A stretch of 64,000 nucleotides of DNA from a phage: NCBI GenBank assembly GCA_012690745.1, contig GCA_012690745.1_4086.2; one strand, given 5' to 3'. Positions 23,012 to 32,518 of the stretch are shown in pieces. Within the stretch, counting starts at the first letter, position 1. Every line of letters begins with the position of its first letter. The notes beneath the pieces are model-generated. The model had not been told where the DNA came from and made no database searches. It saw only the letters and a program-made list of their open reading frames with translations. A program made the position numbers and the translations under genes.

Positions 23012-23316
23012 AACACTTAACTGATGATGAATTTGAAACTATAATTCGTAAACTAACCCCCATCACAAGGATAGTCTACGGTGACCCCAGCCTTACATGG
23101 AACCAAATGCGAGCTAAAGTTAATGAGCTATGGTTGCTGTACTTTATGGGGACTCAATATCAAGATAAGTTTTGCACAGAATATATCGAACAATTAACGA
23201 ATGTTATACAGGATAAACTAGATGATTATTTGCTCACAAAACATGAAGATTTTATCAGGAGTGGAGTATCAGACTGCCCTCTTCTCTCTTCTAAACACCC
23301 TCCGCACGAACAATAA
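23002..23316 (+). CDS. small paralog family member 7 (C-terminally extended)
   Basis: Motif FMGTQYQDKFC; the usual stop at the ctATGA junction is absent, so frame reads on ~30 codons over next gene. Confidence 0.5.
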   Translation: MQMKHLTDDEFETIIRKLTPITRIVYGDPSLTWNQMRAKVNELWLLYFMGTQYQDKFCTEYIEQLTNVIQDKLDDYLLTKHEDFIRSGVSDCPLLSSKHPPHEQ

Positions 23317-23494
23317 ACTTTATAATTCCCGTGAAGCTGATATCGTCAACGCTGATGTATATCTTAATAAATTCATAGGGACTAACTATCAAGAACTGTT
23401 CACTCTACGATATATCGCTGCATTGAGAAACGAAATATCAGATAAAACCCGTCAAGCCAGAAGAGAATGGAATAAACAATGCGACACAGACTAA
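23222..23494 (+). CDS. small paralog family member 8
   Basis: Starts MII like other members; motif FIGTNYQELFT. Confidence 0.55.
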   Translation: MIICSQNMKILSGVEYQTALFSLLNTLRTNNKLYNSREADIVNADVYLNKFIGTNYQELFTLRYIAALRNEISDKTRQARREWNKQCDTD

Positions 23495-23727
23495 ATCACA
23501 AAATGTATTGTAAACTATTACAGACACTGGCACAGAAACACTATGACACGGTATCTGGAATATTACCCTATGATATCATGCGTTTACTTCACTGTGAGGC
23601 CGAGATGCTTGTACTGATGACAGGCACTGATAAAACAGCAATCGCCAGATCGATAGAGCAATATATTGATGCACACTGCCAACACATGAGAACCGAAATC
23701 TGGAGGAAAGAGAATGATAATTCTTAA
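23479..23727 (+). CDS. small paralog family member 9 (divergent)
   Basis: N-terminus fits family; motif region divergent (MTGTDKTAIA). Confidence 0.5.
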   Translation: MRHRLNHKMYCKLLQTLAQKHYDTVSGILPYDIMRLLHCEAEMLVLMTGTDKTAIARSIEQYIDAHCQHMRTEIWRKENDNS

Positions 23728-23929
23728 TGAGTATCAGTATCATTGGAGGTTACAAACTATCAAATCAAAAGTGTATAGTATTGTGTTAAACAAATCTATT
23801 GCACAAGAGGACAAATGTGTTATAATAGCTGAAATGAAGTTGGGTGTATTCGTAGGGACAAACTATCAAAACATCTACACTGACGTATTATTAAGTTCCT
23901 TACGTAACAAGGTGGTATCCAAAATATGA
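23714..23929 (+). CDS. small paralog family member 10
   Basis: Motif FVGTNYQNIYT. Confidence 0.6.
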   Translation: MIILNEYQYHWRLQTIKSKVYSIVLNKSIAQEDKCVIIAEMKLGVFVGTNYQNIYTDVLLSSLRNKVVSKI

Positions 23930-24144
23930 GAAATTTACAAGGCTTTGAATACATCAGACTCCTGAAAACATGTGGAAGCAGAAGGAGAATGATATCAAGC
24001 GATAAGAGCATCCAAGCTAACCTTAAGCACGCACTAGTAACTGAACTTTATGTAGGTGCACTCTTAGGCACAAACTATCAACAAATGTATGTAGATCTAT
24101 GGATTGACGCTCTACAGAAAGAGGTTAAAAGTAAATGCAAATGA
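23926..24144 (+). CDS. small paralog family member 11
   Basis: ATGA overlap; motif LLGTNYQQMYV. Confidence 0.6.
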   Translation: MRNLQGFEYIRLLKTCGSRRRMISSDKSIQANLKHALVTELYVGALLGTNYQQMYVDLWIDALQKEVKSKCK

Positions 24145-24353
24145 TTAATTTAAGTAAAGACGAATTTTATGTTATACTGGCGAAAACTTATCCAGCACGT
24201 AAGGCCGTTTATGATAGTCACATTATTGAACCCTCAAAGAAGTTGATTTTAGTAAATGAGATAAAGATGCTTTCAGTCTTAGGAACAAACTATCAAGAGA
24301 ATGCTGTACTGATGTTAATTGATGCCCTCCAGCGAGAGGTTAAACGTAAATGA
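24135..24353 (+). CDS. small paralog family member 12
   Basis: Motif LGTNYQENAV. Confidence 0.6.
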   Translation: MQMINLSKDEFYVILAKTYPARKAVYDSHIIEPSKKLILVNEIKMLSVLGTNYQENAVLMLIDALQREVKRK

Positions 24354-24580
24354 AAATGATTCATTTAACTTACCATGAATATCAAAAACGTTTAAATGCA
24401 TCCAGAGATATAAGGATTCAAATATTCAATAACAAAAGATTGAAGCCTGATATCAGGAAAATCAAAATCATAGAAGCCGTGTTGTGCAACTTCCTAGGGA
24501 CTAACTATCAGGAAGGTAAGGTAGAAAACTATCTTATAGAACTCATGAATAGTATTGAAAATAAATGTAAGGGTAATTAA
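24350..24580 (+). CDS. small paralog family member 13
   Basis: ATGA overlap; motif FLGTNYQEGKV. Confidence 0.6.
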   Translation: MKMIHLTYHEYQKRLNASRDIRIQIFNNKRLKPDIRKIKIIEAVLCNFLGTNYQEGKVENYLIELMNSIENKCKGN

Positions 24581-24581
24581 C

Positions 24582-24821
24582 ATGAAAATGATTAAATTAT
24601 CTCAAGCAAAATATAAAGAACGCCTGGTAAAAATTGCACCTGGACTTAATGAAATCCATCACGGAGAAGTCATTAAACACGGAAATAAGATGATTATGAA
24701 ACTTGAGTTAAAGGTGGGTGCATTCATAGGAACAAACTATCAGGAGTATTATGTAGATGAATACATAATCGCACTTAAGAGATACATTGGAAGAAAACTA
24801 TATCTACAAACTAAAGAATAG
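24582..24821 (+). CDS. small paralog family member 14
   Basis: Trimmed from track 24555 (TTG) to ATG 24582; motif FIGTNYQEYYV. Confidence 0.55.
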   Translation: MKMIKLSQAKYKERLVKIAPGLNEIHHGEVIKHGNKMIMKLELKVGAFIGTNYQEYYVDEYIIALKRYIGRKLYLQTKE

Positions 24822-24850
24822 TATTGAAAATAAATGTGAGGTTGATGAAC

Positions 24851-25114
24851 ATGCAAATGATCAATTTAAGTAAAGATGAATATACCGAGCGTATGACAAA
24901 AATTACGCACAAACGTAATACAATCTATCACAACCCAGAAATTCAACACAGTAAGAAAATGATTATGATGCGTGAGTTAAAGATGGGTGTATTCTTAGGA
25001 ACAAACTATCAAGATACAGAAGTAAATCGCTTAATCGCGGAGTTACTACTGGAAATCAAAGGTAAGCTGTACTTTTATCAAATGACCCAACCACTAAGGT
25101 GTACTAAGAAATGA
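24851..25114 (+). CDS. small paralog family member 15
   Basis: Trimmed from track 24824 to ATG 24851; motif FLGTNYQDTEV; preceded by duplicated segment agtattgaaaataaatgt. Confidence 0.55.
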   Translation: MQMINLSKDEYTERMTKITHKRNTIYHNPEIQHSKKMIMMRELKMGVFLGTNYQDTEVNRLIAELLLEIKGKLYFYQMTQPLRCTKK

Positions 25115-25326
25115 TCAACATCACATTGCAAGAAAGATTCATCCGAATCAACTATGCAATTACCAAATTAGATGCTACTATAGGCAACCAAAGTTTACCG
25201 TTCAAAACAAGAATGATATTAGAGTGCGAAGCCAAGTTAGGTGTACTGTTAGGGACGCAACACCAACAACGATATGTGGAAATCTGGATTGATCTTTTAA
25301 CCCAAAATGCACATGAGAGAATGTAA
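25111..25326 (+). CDS. small paralog family member 16
   Basis: ATGA overlap; motif LLGTQHQQRYV. Confidence 0.55.
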   Translation: MINITLQERFIRINYAITKLDATIGNQSLPFKTRMILECEAKLGVLLGTQHQQRYVEIWIDLLTQNAHERM

Positions 25327-25557
25327 ATGCAAAAGGAAATGATATACTTAACACATGATGAATTTCAAGAGAAGATGTTAAAAGCCAATAACATTACTCT
25401 TAAGTTCGTTCCAAATCAATCAATATATGAAATGTCTGCGAATGTATTGTTTCAGAAGCTACCATACGTTCTTGGAACTGATAAACAAGAATTTATGGTT
25501 CAAAATATGATTGAGCATCTTGCAATGAGTATTATGGAAAAAGTAAATGCAAAATGA
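25327..25557 (+). CDS. small paralog family member 17
   Basis: Motif VLGTDKQEFMV. Confidence 0.55.
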   Translation: MQKEMIYLTHDEFQEKMLKANNITLKFVPNQSIYEMSANVLFQKLPYVLGTDKQEFMVQNMIEHLAMSIMEKVNAK

Positions 25558-25807
25558 AATGAAATACTTAACATATAATGAATACGTCGAGAGATTAGTT
25601 CGTGCCAAGAGATATACCAATAAACGTCCAATTGACCTAAACCAAACCCCAGCAGAAAGGAGTGCAGAAGTATTATTCCAATCACTACCATATCTTCTGG
25701 GAACTGATAGACAAGAGGAATATGTTGCACGTATGATTAGATATCTTAAAATCACTATTAAGGAAAAAGTAAATGCAAATGCAAATGAAATACTTAACAG
25801 ACGATGA
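25547..25807 (+). CDS. small paralog family member 18
   Basis: Motif LLGTDRQEEYV; reads through the usual junction stop. Confidence 0.55.
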   Translation: MQNEMKYLTYNEYVERLVRAKRYTNKRPIDLNQTPAERSAEVLFQSLPYLLGTDRQEEYVARMIRYLKITIKEKVNANANEILNRR

Positions 25808-26030
25808 GTTAAAAGAACGATTAATTAAATCCAGAAAACTTACAAATCAACTTCCAAACGACACAAACAAGTCACATGCCGAAAGGAGTGCAGAAGTTTT
25901 ATACATTCAACTCCTGTACTTTCTTGGAACTGACAGACAAGAGTATTACATTGAAAGTATGCTTCGATATCTTAAATTCTCTATAAAGGAAAAGGTACAT
26001 GCTCAAGAATTTAAAAATCCTAACAGTTAA
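25773..26030 (+). CDS. small paralog family member 19
   Basis: Motif FLGTDRQEYYI; start may be the 2nd or 3rd ATG of atgcaaatgcaaatg. Confidence 0.5.
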   Translation: MQMQMKYLTDDELKERLIKSRKLTNQLPNDTNKSHAERSAEVLYIQLLYFLGTDRQEYYIESMLRYLKFSIKEKVHAQEFKNPNS

Positions 26031-26241
26031 TGAATATCATAAGATTGTAATGAAGACTAATAGTGCTTACGCTAAAAAATCAAACCCAAAGTACATACTG
26101 GAACACACATTCGAAGAACGTCAATTAGCTCTAGTTGAAGCAAAACTTCTTGCACTCCTAGGAACAAACTATCAGGAAGAATACATCAGAAAACTAATAT
26201 ACCTTTTAACTAAACACATCAGGAAAAGAAAAAAAGCATGA
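25999..26241 (+). CDS. small paralog family member 20
   Basis: Motif LLGTNYQEEYI. Confidence 0.55.
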   Translation: MLKNLKILTVNEYHKIVMKTNSAYAKKSNPKYILEHTFEERQLALVEAKLLALLGTNYQEEYIRKLIYLLTKHIRKRKKA

Positions 26242-26468
26242 AACACTTGACAGATGATGAACATGGGCTTATAGTAATGGATGTAATCAACATCGAATAC
26301 AAAAAGTTGATACGCTATCGTTGTTATGAAGATAAGCAACTCGTTCTAGCAGAACAGAAGTTGTTTCGACTCTTAAACACAAACTACCAAGCACAATACG
26401 AAGAATCGTACATGTACCTTTTGGCGAGGAAAGCAAAAAGAGATTATGAAAATTTTAAGCAAAGGTGA
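26238..26468 (+). CDS. small paralog family member 21
   Basis: ATGA overlap; motif LLNTNYQAQYE. Confidence 0.55.
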   Translation: MKHLTDDEHGLIVMDVINIEYKKLIRYRCYEDKQLVLAEQKLFRLLNTNYQAQYEESYMYLLARKAKRDYENFKQR

Positions 26469-26667
26469 TTCAGTAATATTACTTATAGAGAGTTCAAGTA
26501 AATTCTTAAACATAACACTGTCTGATATAGATGAAGATGACAAAGAAGTACTGAGAGCAGATTTAAGAGTACTGTTACATCTCGGAACAAACCTACAAGA
26601 AGAATATGTAGAGTGCTACATCAATGAACTTAAAGAATCAGTACTGAGAAGATGCAAATGCGAATGA
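26446..26667 (+). CDS. small paralog family member 22
   Basis: Motif HLGTNLQEEYV. Confidence 0.55.
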   Translation: MKILSKGDSVILLIESSSKFLNITLSDIDEDDKEVLRADLRVLLHLGTNLQEEYVECYINELKESVLRRCKCE

Positions 26668-26879
26668 TTACCGACGAAGAATACCTAACAATTATAAATG
26701 GATTGTTTTTGAAGTTGTTTGTTATTAACACATCAGATATACCAGATATGGATAAAATTATTAAGAGAAATGAAATCTATGTTCAAGCTACACTAGGGAC
26801 TAACTATCAAGAATGCTATATTAATGATTATATTAATACACTTAAACGAGCGATTGAACTAAAATGCCAAAACCACTAG
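26652..26879 (+). CDS. small paralog family member 23
   Basis: Motif TLGTNYQECYI. Confidence 0.55.
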   Translation: MQMRMITDEEYLTIINGLFLKLFVINTSDIPDMDKIIKRNEIYVQATLGTNYQECYINDYINTLKRAIELKCQNH

Positions 26880-27079
26880 GAACAGCAGAATACATTGAAC
26901 TCATGGGATTACACTTCTCATCCTTTCAGAAACTTATGCGAGATTCAAAGAATGATTTAGAATATACCATCAGAAGTTCAGAATTAAGAATGCTTCTCAC
27001 CCTAGACACAGATTCCCAAGAGCGTTTTGTCAATGAGCACATTAGAGCACTTTTAATGGAAATTAAAAGTAAACTATGA
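26864..27079 (+). CDS. small paralog family member 24
   Basis: Motif TLDTDSQERFV. Confidence 0.55.
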   Translation: MPKPLGTAEYIELMGLHFSSFQKLMRDSKNDLEYTIRSSELRMLLTLDTDSQERFVNEHIRALLMEIKSKL

Positions 27080-27291
27080 AGATAATATCAAACCAAGAGT
27101 ACTTGGCACTATTCAGAAAGAATAATCACAAATTTATGGCACTTGATTCAAGAACTGATATAAGTGAACTTGAAAAAAATCTTTTGCGTTCAGATATGAT
27201 AGTACTGACACTCTTAGGAACACAGCATCAAGAGAGAACTGTTAATTCACACATAGGTATTCTTATACAGATTGTACAGGAAAAGATATGA
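27076..27291 (+). CDS. small paralog family member 25
   Basis: ATGA overlap; motif LLGTQHQERTV. Confidence 0.55.
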   Translation: MKIISNQEYLALFRKNNHKFMALDSRTDISELEKNLLRSDMIVLTLLGTQHQERTVNSHIGILIQIVQEKI

Positions 27292-27509
27292 GAATCATAT
27301 CACAACAAGATATTCTTAAGTTCACAAGGGTTCATGCATCTGAATTTGATGCTATATTATCAAAAAGTTACAATGACCCTTATACACAAGATGTACATTA
27401 CAGTGAATTATGGATGTATATACTTTTAGGTACAAATAAGCAAGAGCAAGCCGTACAGAAGTATTTGACAGCTTTACGTGATGCTACAGCTAATGGAGTA
27501 TGTGTTTAA
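27288..27509 (+). CDS. small paralog family member 26
   Basis: ATGA overlap; motif LLGTNKQEQAV. Confidence 0.55.
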   Translation: MRIISQQDILKFTRVHASEFDAILSKSYNDPYTQDVHYSELWMYILLGTNKQEQAVQKYLTALRDATANGVCV

Positions 27510-27510
27510 T

Positions 27511-27753
27511 ATGAAAGTACTGACAGAACTAGAAATGTATCATAGATTTAATAAGTACTATCATTTACTTAAGCCTATACAGAGGATTAAATGTCCATTT
27601 GAAGAGAAACAGGTTTTAATCTATGAGCACAAGTTCTTTGTATCATTAGGTACAGATCAACAAGAGTACTATTTGACGTTGTACTTGATTACATTAATAG
27701 ATTTAATTCACTATAAAACCAAACAAGCTAATAAAGAGAAATATGAAAACTAA
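27511..27753 (+). CDS. small paralog family member 27
   Basis: Trimmed from track 27478 to ATG 27511; motif SLGTDQQEYYL. Confidence 0.55.
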   Translation: MKVLTELEMYHRFNKYYHLLKPIQRIKCPFEEKQVLIYEHKFFVSLGTDQQEYYLTLYLITLIDLIHYKTKQANKEKYEN

Positions 27754-28087
27754 TATACAACTCAAGGTATATAAATCATTTGAACATACATATATCAAAA
27801 GTAGTCTATGTAGAGATGTAATGGATTACAAGGGTAAGCCATTCACAATTACCTATGATTCTTATGTTAGTGATTTATATATATCATTTGTTAATTACGA
27901 AAATAAAATATACAAGCACGTTGATATTAAAGATTTAAGTACTTTATCACCAGAGGAATACTTTCAGGAATCATTAGTATGGGATTTAGAGTTTCCTATG
28001 CCATTAGTACATAAGATGATAGTACTAATGAAAGAATCTAAACAGGAGCCTAATGGTGATTATGAAGAACACACAGTTGAGTATTAA
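27743..28087 (+). CDS. EYFQ-motif paralog family member
   Basis: Track ORF; motif SPEEYFQESLVWD. Confidence 0.6.
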   Translation: MKTNIQLKVYKSFEHTYIKSSLCRDVMDYKGKPFTITYDSYVSDLYISFVNYENKIYKHVDIKDLSTLSPEEYFQESLVWDLEFPMPLVHKMIVLMKESKQEPNGDYEEHTVEY

Positions 28088-28457
28088 AAGTACTGATAAT
28101 ACTAAGAGTTATACAAGCTCAAGTACTGTGACAATCGAAGTGAATTCTATTAATGCTGGTAATGCAGTAGATAAGTTCTTTATTGCTCAAGGGTACAGGA
28201 AAGATATTCATCAATACTGTTCAGTATATGGGGAGTACAATTCTACTGAAGATATAATTTATTGGTCAACACATCAAGATTATATAACTAAAATTGGCGT
28301 TCCAGATGTTAGTACTTTATCTGAAGAAGAATACTTTCAGTACAGCTTAGTACATGATGTACCTATACCTTTAGAGTTGCTCAAGGGTATACAGGAAGAG
28401 GTTCATAAGCTTAAATCCATGAGTTCAGGTACTTTCATTAGAACAGTGCAATACTAG
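28053..28457 (+). CDS. EYFQ-motif paralog family member
   Basis: Track ORF; motif SEEEYFQYSLVHD; start uncertain (35-nt out-of-frame overlap). Confidence 0.5.
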   Translation: MVIMKNTQLSIKSTDNTKSYTSSSTVTIEVNSINAGNAVDKFFIAQGYRKDIHQYCSVYGEYNSTEDIIYWSTHQDYITKIGVPDVSTLSEEEYFQYSLVHDVPIPLELLKGIQEEVHKLKSMSSGTFIRTVQY

Positions 28458-28458
28458 C

Positions 28459-28487
28459 TTGACAGTACTTTTCATTACTGATATAGT
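28459..28487 (+). promoter_or_regulatory. sigma70-like promoter inside the array
   Basis: -35 TTGACA 28459-28464, 17-nt spacer, -10 TATAGT 28482-28487. Confidence 0.55.
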
Positions 28488-28516
28488 ACTTGTACGTTAA
28501 TCATAGGGTAAAAATT

Positions 28517-28762
28517 ATGTTAAATTTTTTAAATTTCCTTATCGTTTTGTGTATTGTTCTTGGGATTGCACCATTTGTATTGTATTTCATGGATTCAGAT
28601 GAAATGCAGAAGATGAATTGCACAAGGACAGGACAGAGTAGAGAAGAGACGATTCTTATGCCTGTTACGGTTATTGTTAACAACATGCCCATTACAAACA
28701 TGGTCCCTACCCTAACGACAACGTACCAGTACTCTTGTACAGATGGAGAGAGGTGGAGATGA
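28517..28762 (+). CDS. hypothetical small membrane protein
   Basis: Trimmed from track 28490 to ATG 28517 (RBS AGGG); N-terminal hydrophobic helix. Confidence 0.5.
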   Translation: MLNFLNFLIVLCIVLGIAPFVLYFMDSDEMQKMNCTRTGQSREETILMPVTVIVNNMPITNMVPTLTTTYQYSCTDGERWR

Positions 28763-29079
28763 AATTTAATATAGCAAAAACATCTAATATATGTATATTT
28801 GGTTATGCCGAAGAGTTGGGTGATATTGACATTCTTTTGTACAAAAAAGATGGTGTTATGCATTTCAAGTACCAGGATGAAGAGGCAGACAATTATTCTT
28901 TACCTAATTTAGTACAAATGCAGGAAGAGGAATTATTCCAGTACAGCTTAGTATATGACATTGATATTTGCACGATGCCAGTACTAATTAATATTCAAAA
29001 AGTGATGCTCGATGTGTTTGATAGGCTAATACAAGGCACACAAGGAAGAACCATATATGTCAATGTACAAGACAATTAA
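28759..29079 (+). CDS. EYFQ-motif paralog family member
   Basis: Trimmed from track 28735 to ATG 28759 (ATGA overlap); motif QEEELFQYSLVYD. Confidence 0.55.
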   Translation: MKFNIAKTSNICIFGYAEELGDIDILLYKKDGVMHFKYQDEEADNYSLPNLVQMQEEELFQYSLVYDIDICTMPVLINIQKVMLDVFDRLIQGTQGRTIYVNVQDN

Positions 29080-29272
29080 TCAAGAATGGAAGACCCAAAA
29101 GTACAGGGAATTCAGTACTAGTTTAACAAAAGATGCATTGAATTTAAAAAGAACAGAGTTTGATATGTTTATTTTTCTTGGAACACGTTCACAGGAACAA
29201 TACATTCATTATTATATAAGTTCATTGCGAACGGAGATCGTATGCAAAACACAGGGTATTATAAAAAAGTAA
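29057..29272 (+). CDS. small paralog family member interleaved in large array
   Basis: Motif FLGTRSQEQYI. Confidence 0.5.
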   Translation: MSMYKTINQEWKTQKYREFSTSLTKDALNLKRTEFDMFIFLGTRSQEQYIHYYISSLRTEIVCKTQGIIKK

Positions 29273-29508
29273 ACCAATATTTGTACGCATCGAAGTACAG
29301 GGATTTTTGTTTAAAGGGTGGTGATGAAGATTTTTCTTTGCGATTATCAGAATTTAATCTGTTATTTTATCTTGGTACAAAAGAACAAGAAGAAATGGCA
29401 CAGAAATTTATCAAGCACCTTTTACAAAAAATTAATATGCAAATTTTGATGCTTAAGTTACAGAATGAGATAAATGAATATGAATCCAGAAATAGTTCAG
29501 GATCTTAA
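29242..29508 (+). CDS. small paralog family member (divergent)
   Basis: Motif YLGTKEQEEMA. Confidence 0.5.
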   Translation: MQNTGYYKKVNQYLYASKYRDFCLKGGDEDFSLRLSEFNLLFYLGTKEQEEMAQKFIKHLLQKINMQILMLKLQNEINEYESRNSSGS

Positions 29509-29866
29509 AAAAGTAATATTTCTTTTGAATACCAGAAGTGAATTGTATACAGAGTTAAAAGAGATTAATGCATTTTATCAGAATTTTGTAATCCAAGAGA
29601 TCAGTGATTTAATTACAGATGCATTATTTGAATTATCGGAGAAATACAAAGGAACAGAGTTCAGTGTTAAGAATGTTATTCGTCCAATTACAAGGAAAAT
29701 TATATTATCACATTTTACATTTGACAATAAAGATTTATTCAGTCATAATCCAAGTACAGCTTTATATTTTATTCCTGATTCAGACAAAAATCATCCTATT
29801 CATTACGGATGGATTTTGTCGTACATAGTACAAGGAAAGGAGTATCCTATTAAATGGAACGATTAG
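29474..29866 (+). CDS. hypothetical protein
   Basis: Track ORF; no clear family motif. Confidence 0.45.
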   Translation: MNMNPEIVQDLKKVIFLLNTRSELYTELKEINAFYQNFVIQEISDLITDALFELSEKYKGTEFSVKNVIRPITRKIILSHFTFDNKDLFSHNPSTALYFIPDSDKNHPIHYGWILSYIVQGKEYPIKWND

Positions 29867-30015
29867 GGCGATTAGATTATTACACAATTAATACAAATTA
29901 TTTGTTGCGTAATATAAAATCCGATTACAAAATATGGATAAAGAACAGAGATAGTATGTGTTATGAATTTTATTTAGATTATGCCATCAAACGCTTTTTA
30001 AGAGAAGAACATTAA
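29854..30015 (+). CDS. hypothetical small protein (53 aa; not in ORF track)
   Basis: ORF filling the gap; stop overlaps next ATG. Confidence 0.3.
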   Translation: MERLGRLDYYTINTNYLLRNIKSDYKIWIKNRDSMCYEFYLDYAIKRFLREEH

Positions 30016-30206
30016 TGCACACACCGCACAAAGAGCACAAAAATACAAAAACGATAAATGTTTTAAATGATTCTTTATTGGTGAGTATAAATTTATATTA
30101 TAAAATTCATTTAAATGGTGGTATTGAAAATTTTAGTTATTATTTGAGTGCAATATCGCAAGAGCATTTAATATACCAAGATCATTTATTGCACCCGAAT
30201 CCATAA
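30015..30206 (+). CDS. hypothetical protein
   Basis: Track ORF. Confidence 0.4.
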   Translation: MHTPHKEHKNTKTINVLNDSLLVSINLYYKIHLNGGIENFSYYLSAISQEHLIYQDHLLHPNP

Positions 30207-30214
30207 GGCAAATT

Positions 30215-30760
30215 ATGAATGATATAGAATTATTAGCACACAAGATTAGTACAATAATGCTTATCCTCAATAACAACCATCCTATATCGCAGATAGATGG
30301 AATCCTGAGTCAGAGGACAGGTGGTAGTTTATATTTGACATTAACAGAGGTTATCGCAAGGAATTACATTGATATTGAAATCGAGAACAGTGATGCATCA
30401 GGAAAGGTTGATGTAGGTGCATTAATCAGTTCAAATCCAGTATCAGCATCACCATTGACAAGAAATGTAAGTACAGGATTCGAAGGGTATTTGTGGTACA
30501 ATACCAATGATGATTATTTTATATATCAGCATTCCAATACAAATTATGATGAAGACAAATTTCAGTTCATAGACCCTTATGATGAAGCTGAAGTATTTCA
30601 AAAATCATTAATCACAAAACCGCATGAGATGATGTATCTAATGTTATTCAGTACAATGCATTTGAATCCATTAATTAAAGGTTTAAAATTTTATATTCAA
30701 TTGAATTTAGTCCATGTAGTTTATGATTTATTAATGCAAGGATATAGTTATGAAGTATAA
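30215..30760 (+). CDS. EYFQ-motif paralog family member
   Basis: Motif DEAEVFQKSLI. Confidence 0.55.
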   Translation: MNDIELLAHKISTIMLILNNNHPISQIDGILSQRTGGSLYLTLTEVIARNYIDIEIENSDASGKVDVGALISSNPVSASPLTRNVSTGFEGYLWYNTNDDYFIYQHSNTNYDEDKFQFIDPYDEAEVFQKSLITKPHEMMYLMLFSTMHLNPLIKGLKFYIQLNLVHVVYDLLMQGYSYEV

Positions 30761-31067
30761 AATGCTTAATACAGCATCAGGGATATATGTAGAATTAGAA
30801 TCCGATTATTCAGATGGATGGAATTTTATTAAACGACACGATAGAAATACATGGTACATGGCACATTTGGATAATGACGTAATAATAGATAATTTTGTCG
30901 ATTTTAATACATTATCAGAAGAAGAATTTTTCCAAATGCAATTTGTGCTTGATACAAATGGATTTGATTTGCTATTATTAAGGAATATTCAGAAAGCGGT
31001 TAATGAATTCATAATCCAAAATAATTCAGGTAAAATGGGGATGTTCCATGATCTGGAAGTACAATGA
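30750..31067 (+). CDS. EYFQ-motif paralog family member
   Basis: Motif SEEEFFQMQFVLD. Confidence 0.55.
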   Translation: MKYKMLNTASGIYVELESDYSDGWNFIKRHDRNTWYMAHLDNDVIIDNFVDFNTLSEEEFFQMQFVLDTNGFDLLLLRNIQKAVNEFIIQNNSGKMGMFHDLEVQ

Positions 31068-31623
31068 AAGCAATGATTACAATGAAATTCAGTACACCTA
31101 CGCTAATGCAATCCTTATGGGACAAAAGTTAGCTTGTATTGTTGCAGCCTTATATAATGCCCAGAAATATCACAAGCGTCATTTCCACAAATGTATTGGT
31201 ATTATTCCATCGAAGTACAATACATATATTGCGTGCACGAGTCATTTTGATAAACGATTCAATACACCTGATACCCCAAATTCCTGTAGTGTTATTGGTC
31301 TTTTGGATTTCGCACCTGGTGCTGTTATTGGAAAGAATGATTTAGAGTACGCATGGTATAATAAAAATGCCCCGTTAGTAATGGTAAAATATGATACAGA
31401 AACGAATAAAACAATAGAGTACAATACATATAAATCAGAGGAAGAATTTTTCCAAGGTTCATTGCTTGTACCAGTGCGTTTGTTATTTTATAATGTCATA
31501 ATGAGTACAGTACACAATAGTCCATTACACAAGAATCACAAAATTAATTTCAATTTTTGTGCTTATGCGATTGATGGTGTGTATGAGTGTTTAATGGAGG
31601 TATTGAGTTATGAAGCTGAATAA
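31048..31623 (+). CDS. EYFQ-motif paralog family member
   Basis: Motif SEEEFFQGSLLV. Confidence 0.55.
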   Translation: MIWKYNESNDYNEIQYTYANAILMGQKLACIVAALYNAQKYHKRHFHKCIGIIPSKYNTYIACTSHFDKRFNTPDTPNSCSVIGLLDFAPGAVIGKNDLEYAWYNKNAPLVMVKYDTETNKTIEYNTYKSEEEFFQGSLLVPVRLLFYNVIMSTVHNSPLHKNHKINFNFCAYAIDGVYECLMEVLSYEAE

Positions 31624-31951
31624 TACATTTGATATTAATAAGTTAAGAGAATGGTTTTATAGTATTGAAATTGAAGCCATCCCGTATCATAGATATGAAC
31701 AATATAATTTAACCAGTATTGATATCAGTGAGTTGTACGCGTATTATCAAAGTGCATTAGAGATGCATAAGTTATTTTTGAGTACAGATTTTGTTCTAAA
31801 TTACAATTTTGAGGAATTTAAAAATTATAATTTAGTACAGAAATATGTAGTAGCAAAGTACATGTACCTTCAAGGAATTACAAGTAATTTGGAATTCAAT
31901 ACAGTCCTTGCTTTAGTTGAGGTAATTTTATGCAGTACATGTATGATTTAG
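31610..31951 (+). CDS. EYFQ-motif paralog family member (divergent)
   Basis: Variant motif SELYAYYQSALEM. Confidence 0.45.
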   Translation: MKLNNTFDINKLREWFYSIEIEAIPYHRYEQYNLTSIDISELYAYYQSALEMHKLFLSTDFVLNYNFEEFKNYNLVQKYVVAKYMYLQGITSNLEFNTVLALVEVILCSTCMI

Positions 31952-32436
31952 AGTTTAGTTTAGATGCTGCCTTTAAATTTGTTCACAAGATAGAAACAAT
32001 ATACAGTACATTATGTGCAATACAATCAGTATCATCTGAGTTTGATGTTGGTGAAAAATATCAGGTATGGAATAATACATTTCTAAACAAAGAACGTTGC
32101 TCTACGGGGTTTAATATTTTAACATTTAATCCCAGCAATTGTTACCCAGAGAAGCATGAACGTTATCCGAATGACGACATGTGGTTTGATTACACAAAAG
32201 ATGGTGATATGTCATCCCTTGTAGTTCCTGATGATTTTAATGCCGAAGATTTAACGGAAGAGTGGTGGTTTCAACAGAATTTAGTACACGATGATATTGA
32301 TTTATTTTTTTATGTAGTATTTAAAATGCTTTACCACAACAATATATTAAAAGATAGTGTGTTTTTTTCATGTCTATATATTGATGATTTGTACAATGAA
32401 ATCCAAATCAACATTCCCAGCACGCCTGTATCGTAA
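31930..32436 (+). CDS. EYFQ-motif paralog family member
   Basis: Motif TEEWWFQQNLVHD. Confidence 0.55.
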   Translation: MQYMYDLEFSLDAAFKFVHKIETIYSTLCAIQSVSSEFDVGEKYQVWNNTFLNKERCSTGFNILTFNPSNCYPEKHERYPNDDMWFDYTKDGDMSSLVVPDDFNAEDLTEEWWFQQNLVHDDIDLFFYVVFKMLYHNNILKDSVFFSCLYIDDLYNEIQINIPSTPVS

Positions 32437-32461
32437 GATATGGGCTTTTTTCGTTTTGGTA

Positions 32462-32490
32462 TTGACAAAGAAGTGCAAAGCTGTTATCAT
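32462..32490 (+). promoter_or_regulatory. sigma70-like promoter inside the array
   Basis: -35 TTGACA 32462-32467, 17-nt spacer, -10 TATCAT 32485-32490. Confidence 0.5.
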
Positions 32491-32518
32491 GTGTAATCAT
32501 TTTAAAGGAGAACATATA

